The position numbers and the translations under genes were made by a program. Under the pieces are notes generated by a model that saw nothing but the letters and a program-made list of their open reading frames with translations, ran no database searches and was not told where the DNA came from. Positions 37,333 through 50,872 of a stretch of DNA of 64,000 bases are shown piece by piece. The stretch lies in the NCBI RefSeq assembly GCF_003018235.1, contig NZ_CP027437.1, one strand, 5' to 3'. This DNA comes from Escherichia coli (GTDB lineage Bacteria; Pseudomonadota; Gammaproteobacteria; Enterobacterales; Enterobacteriaceae). Every line of letters starts with the position of its first letter. Within the stretch, counting starts at the first letter, position 1.

Positions 37333-37815
37333 TTAACGGTGGGCGTTTTTCATGATACGCGCTTTATCCACCTGCCATTCGCGCTCTTTGATATCTGAAC
37401 GTTTATCGTGCTGTTTCTTACCTTTGGCGACGCCGATTTTCACTTTGCACCAGGCATTTTTCCAGTACAGGGAGAGCGCCACTACGGTATAGCCTTCTCG
37501 ATTGACGCGACCGTACAATGAGTCCAGTTCGCGCTGGTTGAGAAGTAACTTGCGGGTACGGGTAGGATCGCACACCACATGCGTGGAGGCCACAGCCATT
37601 GGCGTGATGTTAGCGCCAAACAGAAATGCTTCTCCATCACGTAGAAGGACGTAGCTGTCGCTGATATTGGCTTTTCCTGCGCGCAGGGATTTAACCTCCC
37701 AGCCTTGCAGGGCAAGTCCCGCTTCGAACTCTTCTTCGATAAAGTATTCGTGACGGGCGCGCTTGTTAAGCGCGATGGTCGCTGAACCAGGTTTATGTGC
37801 TTTTTTCTTCGTCAT
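37333..37815 (-). CDS. smpB: SsrA-binding protein SmpB
   Basis: 160-aa ORF immediately upstream of ssrA. Confidence 0.94.
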
Positions 37816-37946
37816 AAGCGTCGTGAATCATCGGTAATCTGAAATCGAAAACACCCCATATCAATCCTGCGGGGGACAAGGCTCTATCTTAGCATGAACC
37901 CGATGTTACCCAGCGCCGGGATAGCGTTTTTTTTACAGCAGGATAA

Positions 37947-38423
37947 ATGATATTATTTGTTGGATTTTTGTTGATGGAAATTGTTATGCCTCAGATTAGC
38001 CGGACCGCACTGGTACCCTACAGCGCGGAGCAAATGTATCAGTTAGTGAATGACGTTCAGTCTTATCCTCAGTTTTTGCCGGGTTGTACCGGAAGTCGGA
38101 TTCTGGAGTCCACTCCTGGGCAGATGACTGCGGCGGTAGATGTCTCTAAGGCTGGGATTAGCAAAACGTTTACTACCCGCAACCAGTTGACCAGTAACCA
38201 AAGTATTCTTATGAATCTGGTGGATGGGCCGTTCAAGAAATTGATCGGTGGCTGGAAGTTTACGCCGCTGAGTCAGGAGGCGTGCCGTATCGAGTTTCAT
38301 CTCGACTTTGAGTTTACCAATAAGTTGATTGAACTCGCCTTTGGTCGCGTGTTTAAAGAGCTGGCGGCTAATATGGTCCAGGCTTTTACGGTTCGTGCGA
38401 AAGAGGTTTACAGTGCCAGGTAA
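37947..38423 (+). CDS. ratA: Ribosome association toxin RatA (YfjG; SRPBCC/polyketide cyclase fold)
   Basis: 158-aa ORF; synteny smpB-ratA-ratB. Confidence 0.88.
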   Translation: MILFVGFLLMEIVMPQISRTALVPYSAEQMYQLVNDVQSYPQFLPGCTGSRILESTPGQMTAAVDVSKAGISKTFTTRNQLTSNQSILMNLVDGPFKKLIGGWKFTPLSQEACRIEFHLDFEFTNKLIELAFGRVFKELAANMVQAFTVRAKEVYSAR

Positions 38424-38703
38424 AATTGCCGTTGAGGTGGCTTATGCGCTACCTGAGAAGCAGTACCTGCAGCGTGTGACGCTGCAGGAGGGTGCGACGG
38501 TTGAAGAAGCTATTCGCGCCAGTGGCTTGCTGGAATTGCGTACCGATATCGATTTAACTAAAAACAAAGTCGGCATTTATAGCCGTCCGGCAAAACTGAG
38601 CGATAGTGTGCATGATGGCGATCGGGTGGAGATTTATCGCCCTCTCATTGCCGATCCGAAAGAGCTGCGCAGGCAACGAGCAGAAAAATCAGCGAATAAA
38701 TAA
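38413..38703 (+). CDS. ratB: RatB (YfjF, UPF0125)
   Basis: GTG-initiated 96-aa ORF overlapping ratA stop ([18 protein letters not shown]). Confidence 0.8.
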
Positions 38704-38709
38704 CAGACA

Positions 38710-38745
38710 GAAAAAAGGTGCTCATTGAGCACCTTTTTTAACGTC
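38710..38745. terminator. Rho-independent terminator after ratB (aaggtgctca ttg agcacctt + T-run), convergent with bamE
   Basis: Inverted repeat plus T-run read in sequence. Confidence 0.65.
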
Positions 38746-38764
38746 TTTGAGAGCAACTTTATTA

Positions 38765-39106
38765 TTAGTTACCACTCAGCGCAGGTTTGTTATCAATGTT
38801 GGTCAACACACCGCTACTGTTAAAGGTCAGCGTCAGTGTTTGCTGCGTTACACCTTCATGACCTGGTTGCTGGCGGAAGACATAGAACCAGGTATTCGTA
38901 CCAAATGGATCGGACATCAACGGTGTACCCAATGCGTACGCAACTTGTTGTTGCGTCATGCCAACGCGTATTTTGGATACGTCGTTAGCGGTCAGATAAT
39001 TCCCCTGGTTGATATCAGGACGGTAAACCACTCGCTCCAGAGTGGAACAGCCTGCGGTCAACATCAATAGTACTGCTGCTGCAGCAGTCAGCGTTTTACA
39101 GCGCAT
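38765..39106 (-). CDS. bamE: Outer membrane protein assembly factor BamE (SmpA/OmlA lipoprotein)
   Basis: 113-aa ORF with lipobox LTAGC. Confidence 0.93.
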
Positions 39107-39254
39107 AGTGATTTGATTCCTTTTCGGGCCCGAGCAGTACGTGGCTCATCTGTAATATGCCGATGATAATAGACCTTTCATCACTTTAAAACCTTTTGCT
39201 TTCCGGTCTTACGGCGTTTTGCTGTTTACTCTGACCGTGAAGCAGGAAAAAAGT

Positions 39255-40916
39255 TTACGCCGCAAGCAGTTCTTTCGCATTCGCCAGTGTGTTACGTGTG
39301 ACTTCACTGCCACCAAGCAGGCGCGCCAGCTCTTGTAACCGCGCTTTTTTATCCAGGGATTGCATATGCGTTTCTGTCATCGCACCATCGGTTTCTTTGC
39401 TGACAAAATAGTGTTGATGACCACATCCCGCGACTTGTGGCAGGTGGGTAACACACATCACCTGAGTTGATTCGCCAAGTTGACGCAGCAGTTTGCCAAC
39501 AACTGCCGCTGTTGGGCCGCTAATCCCTACATCCACTTCATCAAAAATCAGTGCCGGGGTTTCCATTTTACGCGCCGTGATGACCTGAATTGCCAGTGCG
39601 ATGCGGGACAATTCACCACCGGATGCGACTTTGGCAATAGGCTGCATTGGCTGACCTGGGTTGGTGGTTACCCGAAATTCAATACGATCAGCGCCGTCAG
39701 CGCCCAGGTGATGCTCGTCAAATTTAACATCAATCGTAAACTGCCCATGTGGCATAGAGAGTGCATGCATACTGTCGGTGATCAGCTGTGCAAGTTCTTC
39801 TGCATAGTGCTGGCGTTGCTGGTGTAACGCGCGCGCCGTTTCCAGTGCCTGCTGATGATGTTTCGTTACCGCCAGCGCGAGCGTTTCTTGTGAGTCGGCC
39901 TGATCGTCCAGTTGCTGCTGTTCTTCCAGTAGCGACTGGTAATACTGTGGCAATGCCTCAGGGCTGACGTGATGTTTACGTGCCAGCGAAATCTGTTTTG
40001 AGATGCGCTGTTCAAGTTCAAACAGTCGGTTGGGATCGAGATCCAGACGATCGCAGTAGTGGCGTAGTTCGTCGCTGGCTTCAGCAATCTGGATGGTAGC
40101 TTCTTCCAGCATATCAAGTACGCCGGACAGTTTGCTGTCCATGCCAATCAATTCGCTCACCAGTTGTTTAGCCGTGTAAAGCTGACTTTGCAGGTTTGCG
40201 TCTTCACCGTCGGCCATTACTGCCAATGCATTCTGGCTGGTAGTCAGCAATTGACCGCTGTTCGCCAGACGTTTGTACTCTTCGTCGATTTGCTCAAACT
40301 CTCCGGGCTGCGGATTAAATTCGTTAAGTTCTTTTAATTGGTATTGCAGCAGTTCTGCACGGGCGGCGCGTTCCTGACTTAACTGTTGATGATGCGCGAG
40401 GTCACGGCAGCTTTGATGCCACAACTGATAACGTGCGGTCATTTCCTGGAGTAGAGAGGTTTCATTGGCATAGCCATCAAGCAGGAATTTTTGGTGCTCG
40501 GGTTTGGTGAGTAACTGATGGGCGTGCTGACCATGGATCTGAATCAGCAACTGGCCCAGTTCGCGAAGTTGTGACAGAGGAACAGCTGTACCGTTGATAA
40601 AACCTCGTGAGCGACCATCGCTACTGATTACGCGACGAAGCAAACATTCATGACCGTCTTCAAGCTGGTTTTCTTCCAGCCAGCGCAGGGCCGCTGGCGT
40701 ATCTTTCAGAGAAAAACGGGCGCACAGGTCGGCACGAGCAGCGCCGGTACGCACCATGTCGGCTTCAGCGCGACCACCGAGACAAAGGCCGAGGGCATCT
40801 ATTGCAATAGATTTACCCGCGCCGGTCTCGCCAGTTATTACGGTCATGCCGCTATGAAAATCAATCTCAAGCTCACGAACGATAGCAAAGTTGCTGATGG
40901 TCAGTTGTGCCAACAT
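39255..40916 (-). CDS. recN: DNA repair protein RecN (SMC-like ATPase)
   Basis: 553-aa ORF; Walker A GETGAGKS, coiled coil. Confidence 0.94.
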   Translation of the reverse strand: MLAQLTISNFAIVRELEIDFHSGMTVITGETGAGKSIAIDALGLCLGGRAEADMVRTGAARADLCARFSLKDTPAALRWLEENQLEDGHECLLRRVISSDGRSRGFINGTAVPLSQLRELGQLLIQIHGQHAHQLLTKPEHQKFLLDGYANETSLLQEMTARYQLWHQSCRDLAHHQQLSQERAARAELLQYQLKELNEFNPQPGEFEQIDEEYKRLANSGQLLTTSQNALAVMADGEDANLQSQLYTAKQLVSELIGMDSKLSGVLDMLEEATIQIAEASDELRHYCDRLDLDPNRLFELEQRISKQISLARKHHVSPEALPQYYQSLLEEQQQLDDQADSQETLALAVTKHHQQALETARALHQQRQHYAEELAQLITDSMHALSMPHGQFTIDVKFDEHHLGADGADRIEFRVTTNPGQPMQPIAKVASGGELSRIALAIQVITARKMETPALIFDEVDVGISGPTAAVVGKLLRQLGESTQVMCVTHLPQVAGCGHQHYFVSKETDGAMTETHMQSLDKKARLQELARLLGGSEVTRNTLANAKELLAA

Positions 40917-41001
40917 AGTTGTTTTCCTGTATGAAAAACCATTACTGTTATTATGTACAGTATAAACTGGTTTTATATACAGTAAAGAGGCTGGCGTAAA
41001 A

Positions 41002-41880
41002 TTAGAATAATTTTTTTGACCAGCCGAGCTTGGTGCTTAATGTATTGAAATAACTGTAATCTTTCGGATGAATCAGATTCAGATGGTAATCACAGCGACG
41101 AATCAGGACATCTTCGCCCTCCTGAATCGGCAGTGCTATCTGGCTGTCGCAACTGATTTCCAGGTCGTTACGGCGATGCGAAAAACGCAGACGGATCGTG
41201 CTGCTGCTGTTTATAACCAGTGGTCGTGCTGACAACGTATGCGGGAACATGGGCACCAGGGTAATCGCATCCAGAGAGGGTGTCAGGATCGGACCTCCCG
41301 CTGAGAGGGAATAAGCGGTGGAGCCTGTTGGCGTCGAAATAATCAGTCCATCAGAACGCTGAGAAAACGCAAAGATCTCGTCGATATACACTTCGAACTC
41401 AATCATATGCGCCACTTTGCCAGGGTGAAGTACCACTTCGTTAATCGCCGTGCTGATGCGTTTCTGGCAATCTTGCTGACAGACTTGCGCTTCCAGCAAA
41501 AAACGTTTTTCACTGATGTAGTGGCCTTCCAGTACATCGGCTAATTGTTGCTGGGCGTTATCGGGGTCAAGGTCAGTCAGGAAACCCAGGTTGCCACGGT
41601 TGATGCCGATGACTTTAATATCGTAGCGCGCGAGCGTGCGCGCCGCGCCCAACATATTACCGTCGCCACCAACGACTACTGCGAGATCAGCCAGTTGCCC
41701 AATCTCCGCGAGTGTGCCGGTTTTCACATTCTTCAGTTGCAGTTCGTGAGCGATTTGCTGCTCGACGATAACCTCGTAACCTTTTGTGCACAGCCAGCGG
41801 TAGAGCATTTCATGTGTTGTCAGTGCAGTGGGGTGCCGTGGGTGTCCCACAATGCCAATACACTTGAAATGATTATTCAT
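41002..41880 (-). CDS. nadK: NAD kinase NadK
   Basis: 292-aa ORF with GGDG motif. Confidence 0.94.
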
Positions 41881-41969
41881 TTTTCCGAGGTCCTTGTTGC
41901 GAAGATTGATGACAATGTGAGTGCTTCCCTTGAAACCCTGAAACTGATCCCCATAATAAGCGAAGTTAG

Positions 41970-42596
<627 letters not shown>

Positions 42597-42614
42597 TTTC
42601 TGTTTTCGTAATAA

Positions 42615-42650
42615 TTCACGGCCCTGCATGCGAATGCAGGGCCGTTTTCG
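42615..42650. terminator. Bidirectional rho-independent terminator between grpE and yfjD (cggccctgcat gcga atgcagggccg + T-run)
   Basis: 11-bp perfect inverted repeat read in sequence. Confidence 0.7.
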
Positions 42651-43913
42651 TTACTCCGCCACACTCTCGCGCAGCGGTTTCACAGGAAAAACTTTTACCT
42701 GTTTAATCATATTGTCCTGTACGTCGAGAATGTCGATGTCGTACTCGCCAATACGTACACGGGTGCCCGCGACCGGGATCTCTTCCAGTGCCTCAAGAAT
42801 GACGCCATTAACAGTGCGGGCATCATCTTCCGGTAGATGCCAGTTAAAGGCTTTGTTGATTTCTCGCACGTTGGCGGTGCCATCGATAATCACCGAACCG
42901 TCGTTTTGCGGCGTGACCTCTTCGGCAAGTGTTGGCGACATCGAGGTAGTGAAATCGCCGACAATCTCTTCCAGAATATCTTCAACCGTCACCAGCCCCT
43001 GAATGTCTCCATATTCGTTGACGACCAGGCCGACTTTCTTTTTGTTGCGCTGAAACTTGACCAGCTGTGTGCTGAGCGGCGTACCTTCCGGTACAAAATA
43101 GATCTCGTCCGCGGCGCGCAGCATGGTTTCTTTGGTGAACTCTTTTTTCTCCGACATCAACCGCCAGGCTTCACGTACTCGCAGCATACTGATGGCGTCG
43201 TCCAGCGAATCACGGTAGAGCACGATGCGCCCGTGAGGTGAGTGGGAGAGTTGGCGCAGAATCGATTTCCAGTCATCGTTGATATCAATACCGATAATTT
43301 CACTGCGCGGCACCATGATGTCATCAACGGTCATCTTTTCCAGATCGAGCACCGACAGCAGCATATCCTGATTGCGACGGGAAATTTGTGAGCGTGATTC
43401 GTGCACGATAGTGCGCAACTCTTCTTTGCTCAAAGAGCCGCTAACCACGATATCGGTTTTGATACCCATCATGCGCATCAGCATACGGGTGATAGCATTC
43501 AGCAACCAGACCAGCGGCATCATCAAAATTTGCAGCGGAGCCAGCAGAAAACTACTCGGATAAGCGACTTTTTCCGGGTACAGCGCGGCAATGGTTTTCG
43601 GCAATACCTCAGCAAAAACCAGTACGACAAAAGTCAGCACACCAGTCGCAATTGCCACGCCCGCATCGCCGTACAAACGCATCCCAACAATAGTGCCGAG
43701 CGCGGAGGCAAGAATATTGACCAGGTTATTGCCGATTAACACCAGGCTTATCAGGCGGTCTGGCTTACGCAGCAATTTTTCGACGCGTTTGGCCGAGCGA
43801 TTACCCTGTTTCGCCATATGTCGCAGACGATAGCGGTTGAGGGTCATCATTCCGGTTTCGGACCCGGAAAAATAGGCTGAAATGACCACCATGATGATCA
43901 GAATAATGATCAA
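42651..43913 (-). CDS. yfjD: Inner membrane protein YfjD (DUF21-CBS-CorC/HlyC family); true start may lie upstream
   Basis: 420-aa ORF with CBS pair and CorC_HlyC C-terminal domain. Confidence 0.88.
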   Translation of the reverse strand: MIIILIIMVVISAYFSGSETGMMTLNRYRLRHMAKQGNRSAKRVEKLLRKPDRLISLVLIGNNLVNILASALGTIVGMRLYGDAGVAIATGVLTFVVLVFAEVLPKTIAALYPEKVAYPSSFLLAPLQILMMPLVWLLNAITRMLMRMMGIKTDIVVSGSLSKEELRTIVHESRSQISRRNQDMLLSVLDLEKMTVDDIMVPRSEIIGIDINDDWKSILRQLSHSPHGRIVLYRDSLDDAISMLRVREAWRLMSEKKEFTKETMLRAADEIYFVPEGTPLSTQLVKFQRNKKKVGLVVNEYGDIQGLVTVEDILEEIVGDFTTSMSPTLAEEVTPQNDGSVIIDGTANVREINKAFNWHLPEDDARTVNGVILEALEEIPVAGTRVRIGEYDIDILDVQDNMIKQVKVFPVKPLRESVAE

Positions 43914-43957
43914 CGTAGTAGTAGAAATGTGTTCCAGGGGAAACTCCTTTTCTGGGT

Positions 43958-44749
43958 TTAGCTGATTAACTGCTGGACAATTCGGCTGCCGAAGTAGGCT
44001 AGTGTCAGAATGACTGCACCTGCAACGTTAAACCAGACGACGCGGCGTCCACGCCATCCTTCATGATAATGTCCCCACAGCAGCACAATATAGACAAACC
44101 ACGCCACGATAGAGAGCACTGCCTTGTCGATATTTTCCATGCTAAATAAGTTGTGCATGTAGAACAGGCCAGTGCAAAGCGTGAGCGTTAGCAGCACCAC
44201 GCCAATCTGCGTGATGTGGAACATTTTACGCTCGATACTCATCAATGGCGGCATTTCCTGGTTAAACGCCAGCTTCTTGTTCTTCAGTTGGTAATCAATC
44301 CACGCCAGTTGCAGCGCGTACAGGGCGGCGATAATCAGCGTGGCATAGGAAAAGAGCGATAAGCCAATGTGCACCAGCATCCCAGGCGTAGCTTCCAGAT
44401 GGGTGATGTATTCATTGGGCATGAAGGTTGCCAGCGCCAGGTTGATAAGCGCAAAGGCATAGACAATGGGTAGCAGCAACCAGCCACGATTGCGAGAAGC
44501 CACAATGGTCATTACCGTACAGATCATCAAACTGACCAATGAACCAACGTTCAGCAGGCTGAGGTTTTGTCCGCTATCACCGTCGGGCAGGATGCGGGCT
44601 TCCAGAGCGATTGCGTGGCAGACCAGCGCAATGACCGCAGAAATAATAGCCATGCGCCGCCAGCCGCCGTTTTTTTGCAGCAGACCGGGAACAATCAGCG
44701 CAAGACTGACGGAGTAGGCGACAAGCGCGAGCAGAGCAAAAACGGGCAT
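43958..44749 (-). CDS. ypjD: Inner membrane protein YpjD (cytochrome c assembly family)
   Basis: ORF 43958..44824, start trimmed to MPVFALLALVAYS (263 aa). Confidence 0.85.
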   Translation of the reverse strand: MPVFALLALVAYSVSLALIVPGLLQKNGGWRRMAIISAVIALVCHAIALEARILPDGDSGQNLSLLNVGSLVSLMICTVMTIVASRNRGWLLLPIVYAFALINLALATFMPNEYITHLEATPGMLVHIGLSLFSYATLIIAALYALQLAWIDYQLKNKKLAFNQEMPPLMSIERKMFHITQIGVVLLTLTLCTGLFYMHNLFSMENIDKAVLSIVAWFVYIVLLWGHYHEGWRGRRVVWFNVAGAVILTLAYFGSRIVQQLIS

Positions 44750-44915
44750 AGTAATGTCGACAGTTTGAGCAATAAGAAAGAGAAGCAGTATAGCGTTAGG
44801 TGAACGCTGCTCCAACCGTTGCATAACAACAAAGACGCCTTCATGTTATACTGCGGCAAAATACTGATGATGTGTCGCGATTGCGGCCAACCGTTTCCAC
44901 CCCAGGCGAGAGACA

Positions 44916-46277
44916 ATGTTTGATAATTTAACCGATCGTTTGTCGCGCACGCTGCGCAATATCAGTGGCCGTGGACGCCTCACTGAAGACAACGTAAAAG
45001 ATACGCTGCGCGAAGTGCGCATGGCGCTGCTGGAGGCGGACGTCGCTCTGCCGGTAGTGCGTGAGTTTATCAATCGCGTAAAAGAGAAAGCGGTTGGTCA
45101 TGAAGTTAATAAGAGCCTGACGCCGGGGCAGGAGTTCGTCAAAATCGTCCGTAACGAACTGGTTGCGGCGATGGGCGAAGAGAACCAGACCCTGAATCTG
45201 GCTGCGCAACCGCCTGCGGTCGTGCTGATGGCAGGCCTGCAAGGTGCCGGTAAAACAACCAGCGTTGGTAAACTCGGTAAATTCCTGCGCGAGAAGCACA
45301 AGAAGAAAGTGCTGGTGGTTTCTGCTGACGTCTATCGCCCGGCGGCAATCAAACAGCTTGAGACGCTGGCAGAGCAGGTGGGCGTTGATTTCTTCCCTTC
45401 TGATGTTGGTCAGAAGCCGGTTGATATTGTTAACGCGGCGCTGAAAGAAGCCAAACTGAAATTCTACGACGTGCTGCTGGTGGATACCGCTGGTCGTCTG
45501 CACGTTGACGAAGCGATGATGGACGAGATCAAACAAGTCCATGCGTCGATTAACCCGGTTGAAACCCTGTTTGTGGTTGACGCCATGACCGGTCAGGATG
45601 CGGCCAATACGGCAAAAGCATTCAATGAAGCGTTACCGCTTACCGGCGTAGTGTTGACCAAAGTGGACGGCGATGCCCGCGGCGGTGCGGCGCTCTCTAT
45701 TCGTCACATCACTGGCAAACCGATCAAGTTCCTCGGTGTTGGCGAGAAAACTGAGGCGCTGGAGCCGTTCCATCCGGACCGCATCGCGTCGCGTATTCTC
45801 GGTATGGGCGACGTACTGTCACTGATCGAAGATATCGAAAGCAAAGTTGACCGCGCGCAGGCAGAGAAATTAGCCAGCAAGTTGAAAAAAGGCGACGGCT
45901 TCGATCTCAACGACTTCCTTGAGCAACTGCGCCAGATGAAAAATATGGGCGGCATGGCCAGCCTGATGGGCAAACTGCCGGGCATGGGGCAGATCCCGGA
46001 TAACGTCAAGTCGCAGATGGACGATAAAGTGCTGGTGCGTATGGAAGCCATCATCAACTCGATGACGATGAAAGAGCGCGCTAAGCCAGAAATCATCAAA
46101 GGTTCACGTAAGCGTCGTATCGCTGCCGGTTGCGGTATGCAGGTGCAGGACGTTAACCGCCTTCTGAAACAGTTCGACGACATGCAGCGCATGATGAAGA
46201 AAATGAAGAAGGGCGGAATGGCGAAGATGATGAGAAGCATGAAGGGTATGATGCCGCCGGGATTTCCTGGTCGCTAA
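44916..46277 (+). CDS. ffh: Signal recognition particle protein Ffh
   Basis: 453-aa ORF; GTPase G-domain and Met-rich M-domain. Confidence 0.95.
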   Translation: MFDNLTDRLSRTLRNISGRGRLTEDNVKDTLREVRMALLEADVALPVVREFINRVKEKAVGHEVNKSLTPGQEFVKIVRNELVAAMGEENQTLNLAAQPPAVVLMAGLQGAGKTTSVGKLGKFLREKHKKKVLVVSADVYRPAAIKQLETLAEQVGVDFFPSDVGQKPVDIVNAALKEAKLKFYDVLLVDTAGRLHVDEAMMDEIKQVHASINPVETLFVVDAMTGQDAANTAKAFNEALPLTGVVLTKVDGDARGGAALSIRHITGKPIKFLGVGEKTEALEPFHPDRIASRILGMGDVLSLIEDIESKVDRAQAEKLASKLKKGDGFDLNDFLEQLRQMKNMGGMASLMGKLPGMGQIPDNVKSQMDDKVLVRMEAIINSMTMKERAKPEIIKGSRKRRIAAGCGMQVQDVNRLLKQFDDMQRMMKKMKKGGMAKMMRSMKGMMPPGFPGR

Positions 46278-46335
46278 ATGACCTTATGCGACAGAGTTAT
46301 TAACTGCTGATTGCATTTTCTCCAGAAATCAGTAA

Positions 46336-46662
<327 letters not shown>

Positions 46663-46680
46663 TCTGTCACGGTGGTCATG

Positions 46681-47229
46681 ATGAGCAAACAACTCACCGC
46701 GCAAGCACCTGTTGATCCCATCGTTTTGGGAAAAATGGGTTCGTCTTACGGTATTCGTGGGTGGCTCAGAGTGTTTTCTTCCACCGAAGACGCCGAAAGC
46801 ATTTTTGACTATCAGCCCTGGTTTATCCAGAAGGCGGGTCAGTGGCAGCAAGTCCAACTGGAAAGCTGGAAGCACCACAATCAGGACATGATCATCAAGC
46901 TGAAAGGCGTTGACGATCGTGATGCGGCGAACCTGCTGACGAATTGTGAAATTGTCGTAGATTCATCGCAGCTGCCTCAGCTTGAAGAGGGTGACTACTA
47001 CTGGAAAGACCTGATGGGCTGCCAGGTAGTAACCACTGAAGGCTACGATCTCGGTAAAGTCGTTGATATGATGGAAACCGGATCTAATGACGTTCTCGTC
47101 ATTAAGGCAAACCTGAAAGATGCGTTTGGTATCAAGGAACGTCTCGTACCGTTCCTCGATGGGCAGGTTATCAAGAAAGTCGATCTCACTACTCGTTCAA
47201 TTGAAGTAGATTGGGATCCTGGTTTTTAA
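46681..47229 (+). CDS. rimM: 16S rRNA processing protein RimM
   Basis: ORF 46672..47229 trimmed to [10 protein letters not shown]. Confidence 0.93.
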
Positions 47230-47259
47230 ACCACCGGATAAACGGTAAAAGACGGCGCT

Positions 47260-48027
47260 ATGTGGATTGGCATAATTAGCCTGTTTCCTGAAATGTTCCG
47301 CGCAATTACCGATTACGGGGTAACTGGCCGGGCAGTTAAAAATGGCCTGCTGAGCATCCAGAGCTGGAGTCCTCGCGACTTCACGCATGACCGGCACCGT
47401 ACCGTGGACGATCGTCCTTACGGCGGCGGACCGGGGATGTTAATGATGGTGCAACCCTTGCGGGACGCCATTCATGCAGCAAAAGCCGCGGCGGGTGAAG
47501 GCGCAAAGGTGATTTATCTGTCACCACAGGGACGCAAGCTTGATCAAGCGGGCGTCAGCGAACTGGCAACGAATCAAAAATTGATTCTGGTGTGCGGTCG
47601 CTACGAAGGTATAGATGAGCGCGTGATCCAAACCGAAATTGACGAAGAATGGTCAATCGGCGATTACGTTCTCAGTGGTGGTGAGTTACCAGCAATGACG
47701 CTGATTGACTCCGTTTCCCGGTTTATTCCGGGAGTACTGGGACATGAAGCTTCGGCAACGGAAGATTCCTTTGCTGAAGGATTGCTGGATTGCCCGCACT
47801 ATACGCGGCCTGAGGTGTTAGAAGGAATGGAAGTTCCGCCAGTGTTACTGTCGGGCAACCATGCCGAGATACGTCGCTGGCGTTTGAAACAGTCGCTGGG
47901 CCGTACCTGGCTTAGAAGACCTGAACTTCTGGAAAACCTGGCTCTGACTGAAGAGCAAGCAAGGTTGCTGGCGGAGTTCAAAAAGGAACACGCACAACAG
48001 CAACATAAACATGATGGGATGGCGTAA
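47260..48027 (+). CDS. trmD: tRNA (guanine37-N1)-methyltransferase TrmD
   Basis: 255-aa [16 protein letters not shown]. Confidence 0.95.
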   Translation: MWIGIISLFPEMFRAITDYGVTGRAVKNGLLSIQSWSPRDFTHDRHRTVDDRPYGGGPGMLMMVQPLRDAIHAAKAAAGEGAKVIYLSPQGRKLDQAGVSELATNQKLILVCGRYEGIDERVIQTEIDEEWSIGDYVLSGGELPAMTLIDSVSRFIPGVLGHEASATEDSFAEGLLDCPHYTRPEVLEGMEVPPVLLSGNHAEIRRWRLKQSLGRTWLRRPELLENLALTEEQARLLAEFKKEHAQQQHKHDGMA

Positions 48028-48065
48028 GCCCCCGAGATATCAGTTTACCCAGGATAAGAGATTAA

Positions 48066-48416
<351 letters not shown>

Positions 48417-48439
48417 GATTTCGCTTAAGCGACATCCTG

Positions 48440-48475
48440 TTAAGAAGGGCTGGCCAATTGGCTGGCCCTTTTTTA
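48440..48475. terminator. Rho-independent terminator after rplS (agggctggccaattggctggccct + T-run)
   Basis: Inverted repeat plus T-run read in sequence. Confidence 0.7.
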
Positions 48476-48490
48476 TCTGTTTGCTCGTGT

Positions 48491-48973
48491 TTAAGGGGTA
48501 GTAATCACCACTGCGACGCGGCGGTTCTCGGCGCGGCCCTGGGCGGTCTTGTTACTGGCTATGGGATATTTTTTTCCTAACCCCTGTGTGGTGAGATTGC
48601 TGCGCGGAATTTGTCCACCCATAGCCCATGCATCGGCCACGACATTCGCCCGTTTCAATGATAAGCCTTCGTTGTAACTGTCTTCACCATAGTTATCGGT
48701 GTGTCCATCCATACGGGCATGTGTTAGCCCTGTCGAGGCCAATTTGGCTGCCATGGTTTGGATCTGTTGCTGGCTTTCCGGGAGCAATTTGTAGTCATTT
48801 TTTGCGAACAGAATGGCATCTGATAAGCCCAGCGACCAGTCGCCGGCGGATTCAGTAAATCCATAAGATTGCATAGCGGCAACTTGCTCAGGAGTAAACT
48901 TTCCCTGAGGGGACTGGCAGCCAGTCAGTATTAGCGAGGTGAAAATCAGGGGTACTACCAGGTGCTTTATCAT
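48491..48973 (-). CDS. yfiB: OmpA-like outer membrane lipoprotein YfiB
   Basis: 160-aa ORF with lipobox LTGC and OmpA-C domain. Confidence 0.92.
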   Translation of the reverse strand: MIKHLVVPLIFTSLILTGCQSPQGKFTPEQVAAMQSYGFTESAGDWSLGLSDAILFAKNDYKLLPESQQQIQTMAAKLASTGLTHARMDGHTDNYGEDSYNEGLSLKRANVVADAWAMGGQIPRSNLTTQGLGKKYPIASNKTAQGRAENRRVAVVITTP

Positions 48974-48988
48974 ATCGATATATCCTTG

Positions 48989-50215
48989 TTATCTCACCAG
49001 CTTTTCGGCACGCTGGTGTTTGGCCTGATACATATTGTGATCGGCCAGCTCTTGTAATTTTTCCGCAGAGGCATGCTCAATGGTCATCGCGTAACCAATG
49101 CTTAATGTCATGGTGGTCTGATGACCATTATGAAGATCAAACGGGCGATTAAAGATTTGTGTCAGTGCTGAGCAAATCCGCTGAACTTCGGATTCCGACT
49201 GTACACCAAAGAGGACCATCGCAAATTCATCGCCGCCTATGCGGTATGCTTTATGTTGCAGCCCGCCAAATTCAGCTAACCGTTTTGCTACCTCAATCAA
49301 GACACGATCGCCCGTCGCATGACCCCAGGTATCATTGATATATTTGAAATTATCGCCATCAAGAAATAGTAACGCCGACGTTTTTCGGGCGTCGGAACTG
49401 CTCATCAACGTGTTGATGCCGCTACGAAACGCTGCGCGGTTAGCCAGCCCGGTTAATGGGTCATGTAGCGCGGTACGTAGAAGCTGCGCATTTTTGGCCT
49501 GTAAACGAAGCTGCCACTCTTCCATTTCATCCAGCAGACTGTTGAAGTCGAGTGCGAAGCGGTGAAATTCTGCAATGCGTTCTTCCGAAACTCGTCGGGA
49601 AAAATTGCGGTTGGAACGTACGTCATGCACGACATCGGTGATATTTTTCAATGCTTCCACCAGGCCATTGTGCAAATGGCGGGTGAGGGTAATTGCGATG
49701 CCTGATGCCAGCAGAATACAACCGGTCAGTACAGCGAGCGAAAACCAGATAAAATGGCTGATTGAACTGTCGCGAGCGGTTAAGCGTACTTCGCCAATGG
49801 TTTCACCATTGTGACGAATCGGCTGAATGATGGGGGCAGGGAAGAGCCAGTGGCTTATGAAATTGCTTAAAGTATCGCCTGGATCCTTACGGGTGTAATG
49901 CCAGGATGCCAGAATATTTTGCTGCTTATCACGTACTTCTGCAGTTGAAAATTGCCCTTGCTGGCCCAGCGCTGCCAGTGTTTCAGTTGCTGCAGGGCCA
50001 TCGGCAAAAACGACAGCTGCTTCCAGACTGTAAGTCATTGTTGCTGCTGTCAGTGCCAGGTTTTTTTGCGCGTACTGTTTCAGGGTCAGCACCGAGGTCA
50101 CGGAAAGCAGCAACCAGATCAGCATCATAGTGATAAATATGCTGGTCATACTGATGTTGCGTAATGCTCTTTTAAACGTGGGGCGCTTATTAAGAGAATT
50201 ATCGTTATCCATCAT
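48989..50215 (-). CDS. dgcN: Diguanylate cyclase DgcN (YfiN; HAMP-GGDEF)
   Basis: 408-aa ORF with GGDEF active site (RIGGDEF). Confidence 0.93.
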
Positions 50216-50723
50216 TTTTCTTCCGTGCGAGCATCAAGACATCCGGGTTGACCTTTACACCGCTACGCGATAAGGCATCCAGGTTTACGGCAAATCTGAC
50301 GTCATTATTGTGGATGATCAGACAAAAGGCGCTACCAATAATGCACTCGGTATTTTGTTCGGCAATTAATAATAACGCCTTTGACGGATATTGTTCGGTT
50401 AATTCCATCTGGAATGTCGGTGACTCGTTGCCAAAATAAAAACCATTGCAGCCTGAAATCATCGCCTCTTGTTGAGTGTGAATGATGACAGGCAGATAAG
50501 GCAAAGATGTCGCGGCATTCTCTTGTAGGGCGGTACTAAAACGTGAAGATGAAAAGATACATAACTTTGGTGGCCCTGATAGCGCAGGCCAGCGGGTGTA
50601 ACTGACAATACCGGAAACCATCATACGCACGTTTTTCGCAACGTCAGAAGGCTCCTGAGCGAGTATTGGTGCTCCCGTCAGCAGGAGAATCAGAAGTAAG
50701 AACAGTCGGTGAGAAAAACGCAT
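50205..50723 (-). CDS. yfiR: Periplasmic repressor of DgcN, YfiR
   Basis: 172-aa secreted ORF overlapping dgcN start. Confidence 0.9.
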
Positions 50724-50872
50724 TCAGGGATCCTCACCATCTTCGCTCGAAATGCATCGATATTTTTTCAGAATGCTCATTAAAATATCATTCTTTCATG
50801 CGGTCGTCATCAATGTGAGAAATAAAACACAATGAGTAAAATCTCATGCTTAATTTATTTGCGGGGGTTTAA

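Noticed and set aside
44928-46240. Antisense ORFs (204 aa, 178 aa) within ffh
   Set aside because: Opposite strand of a universally conserved gene; no support.
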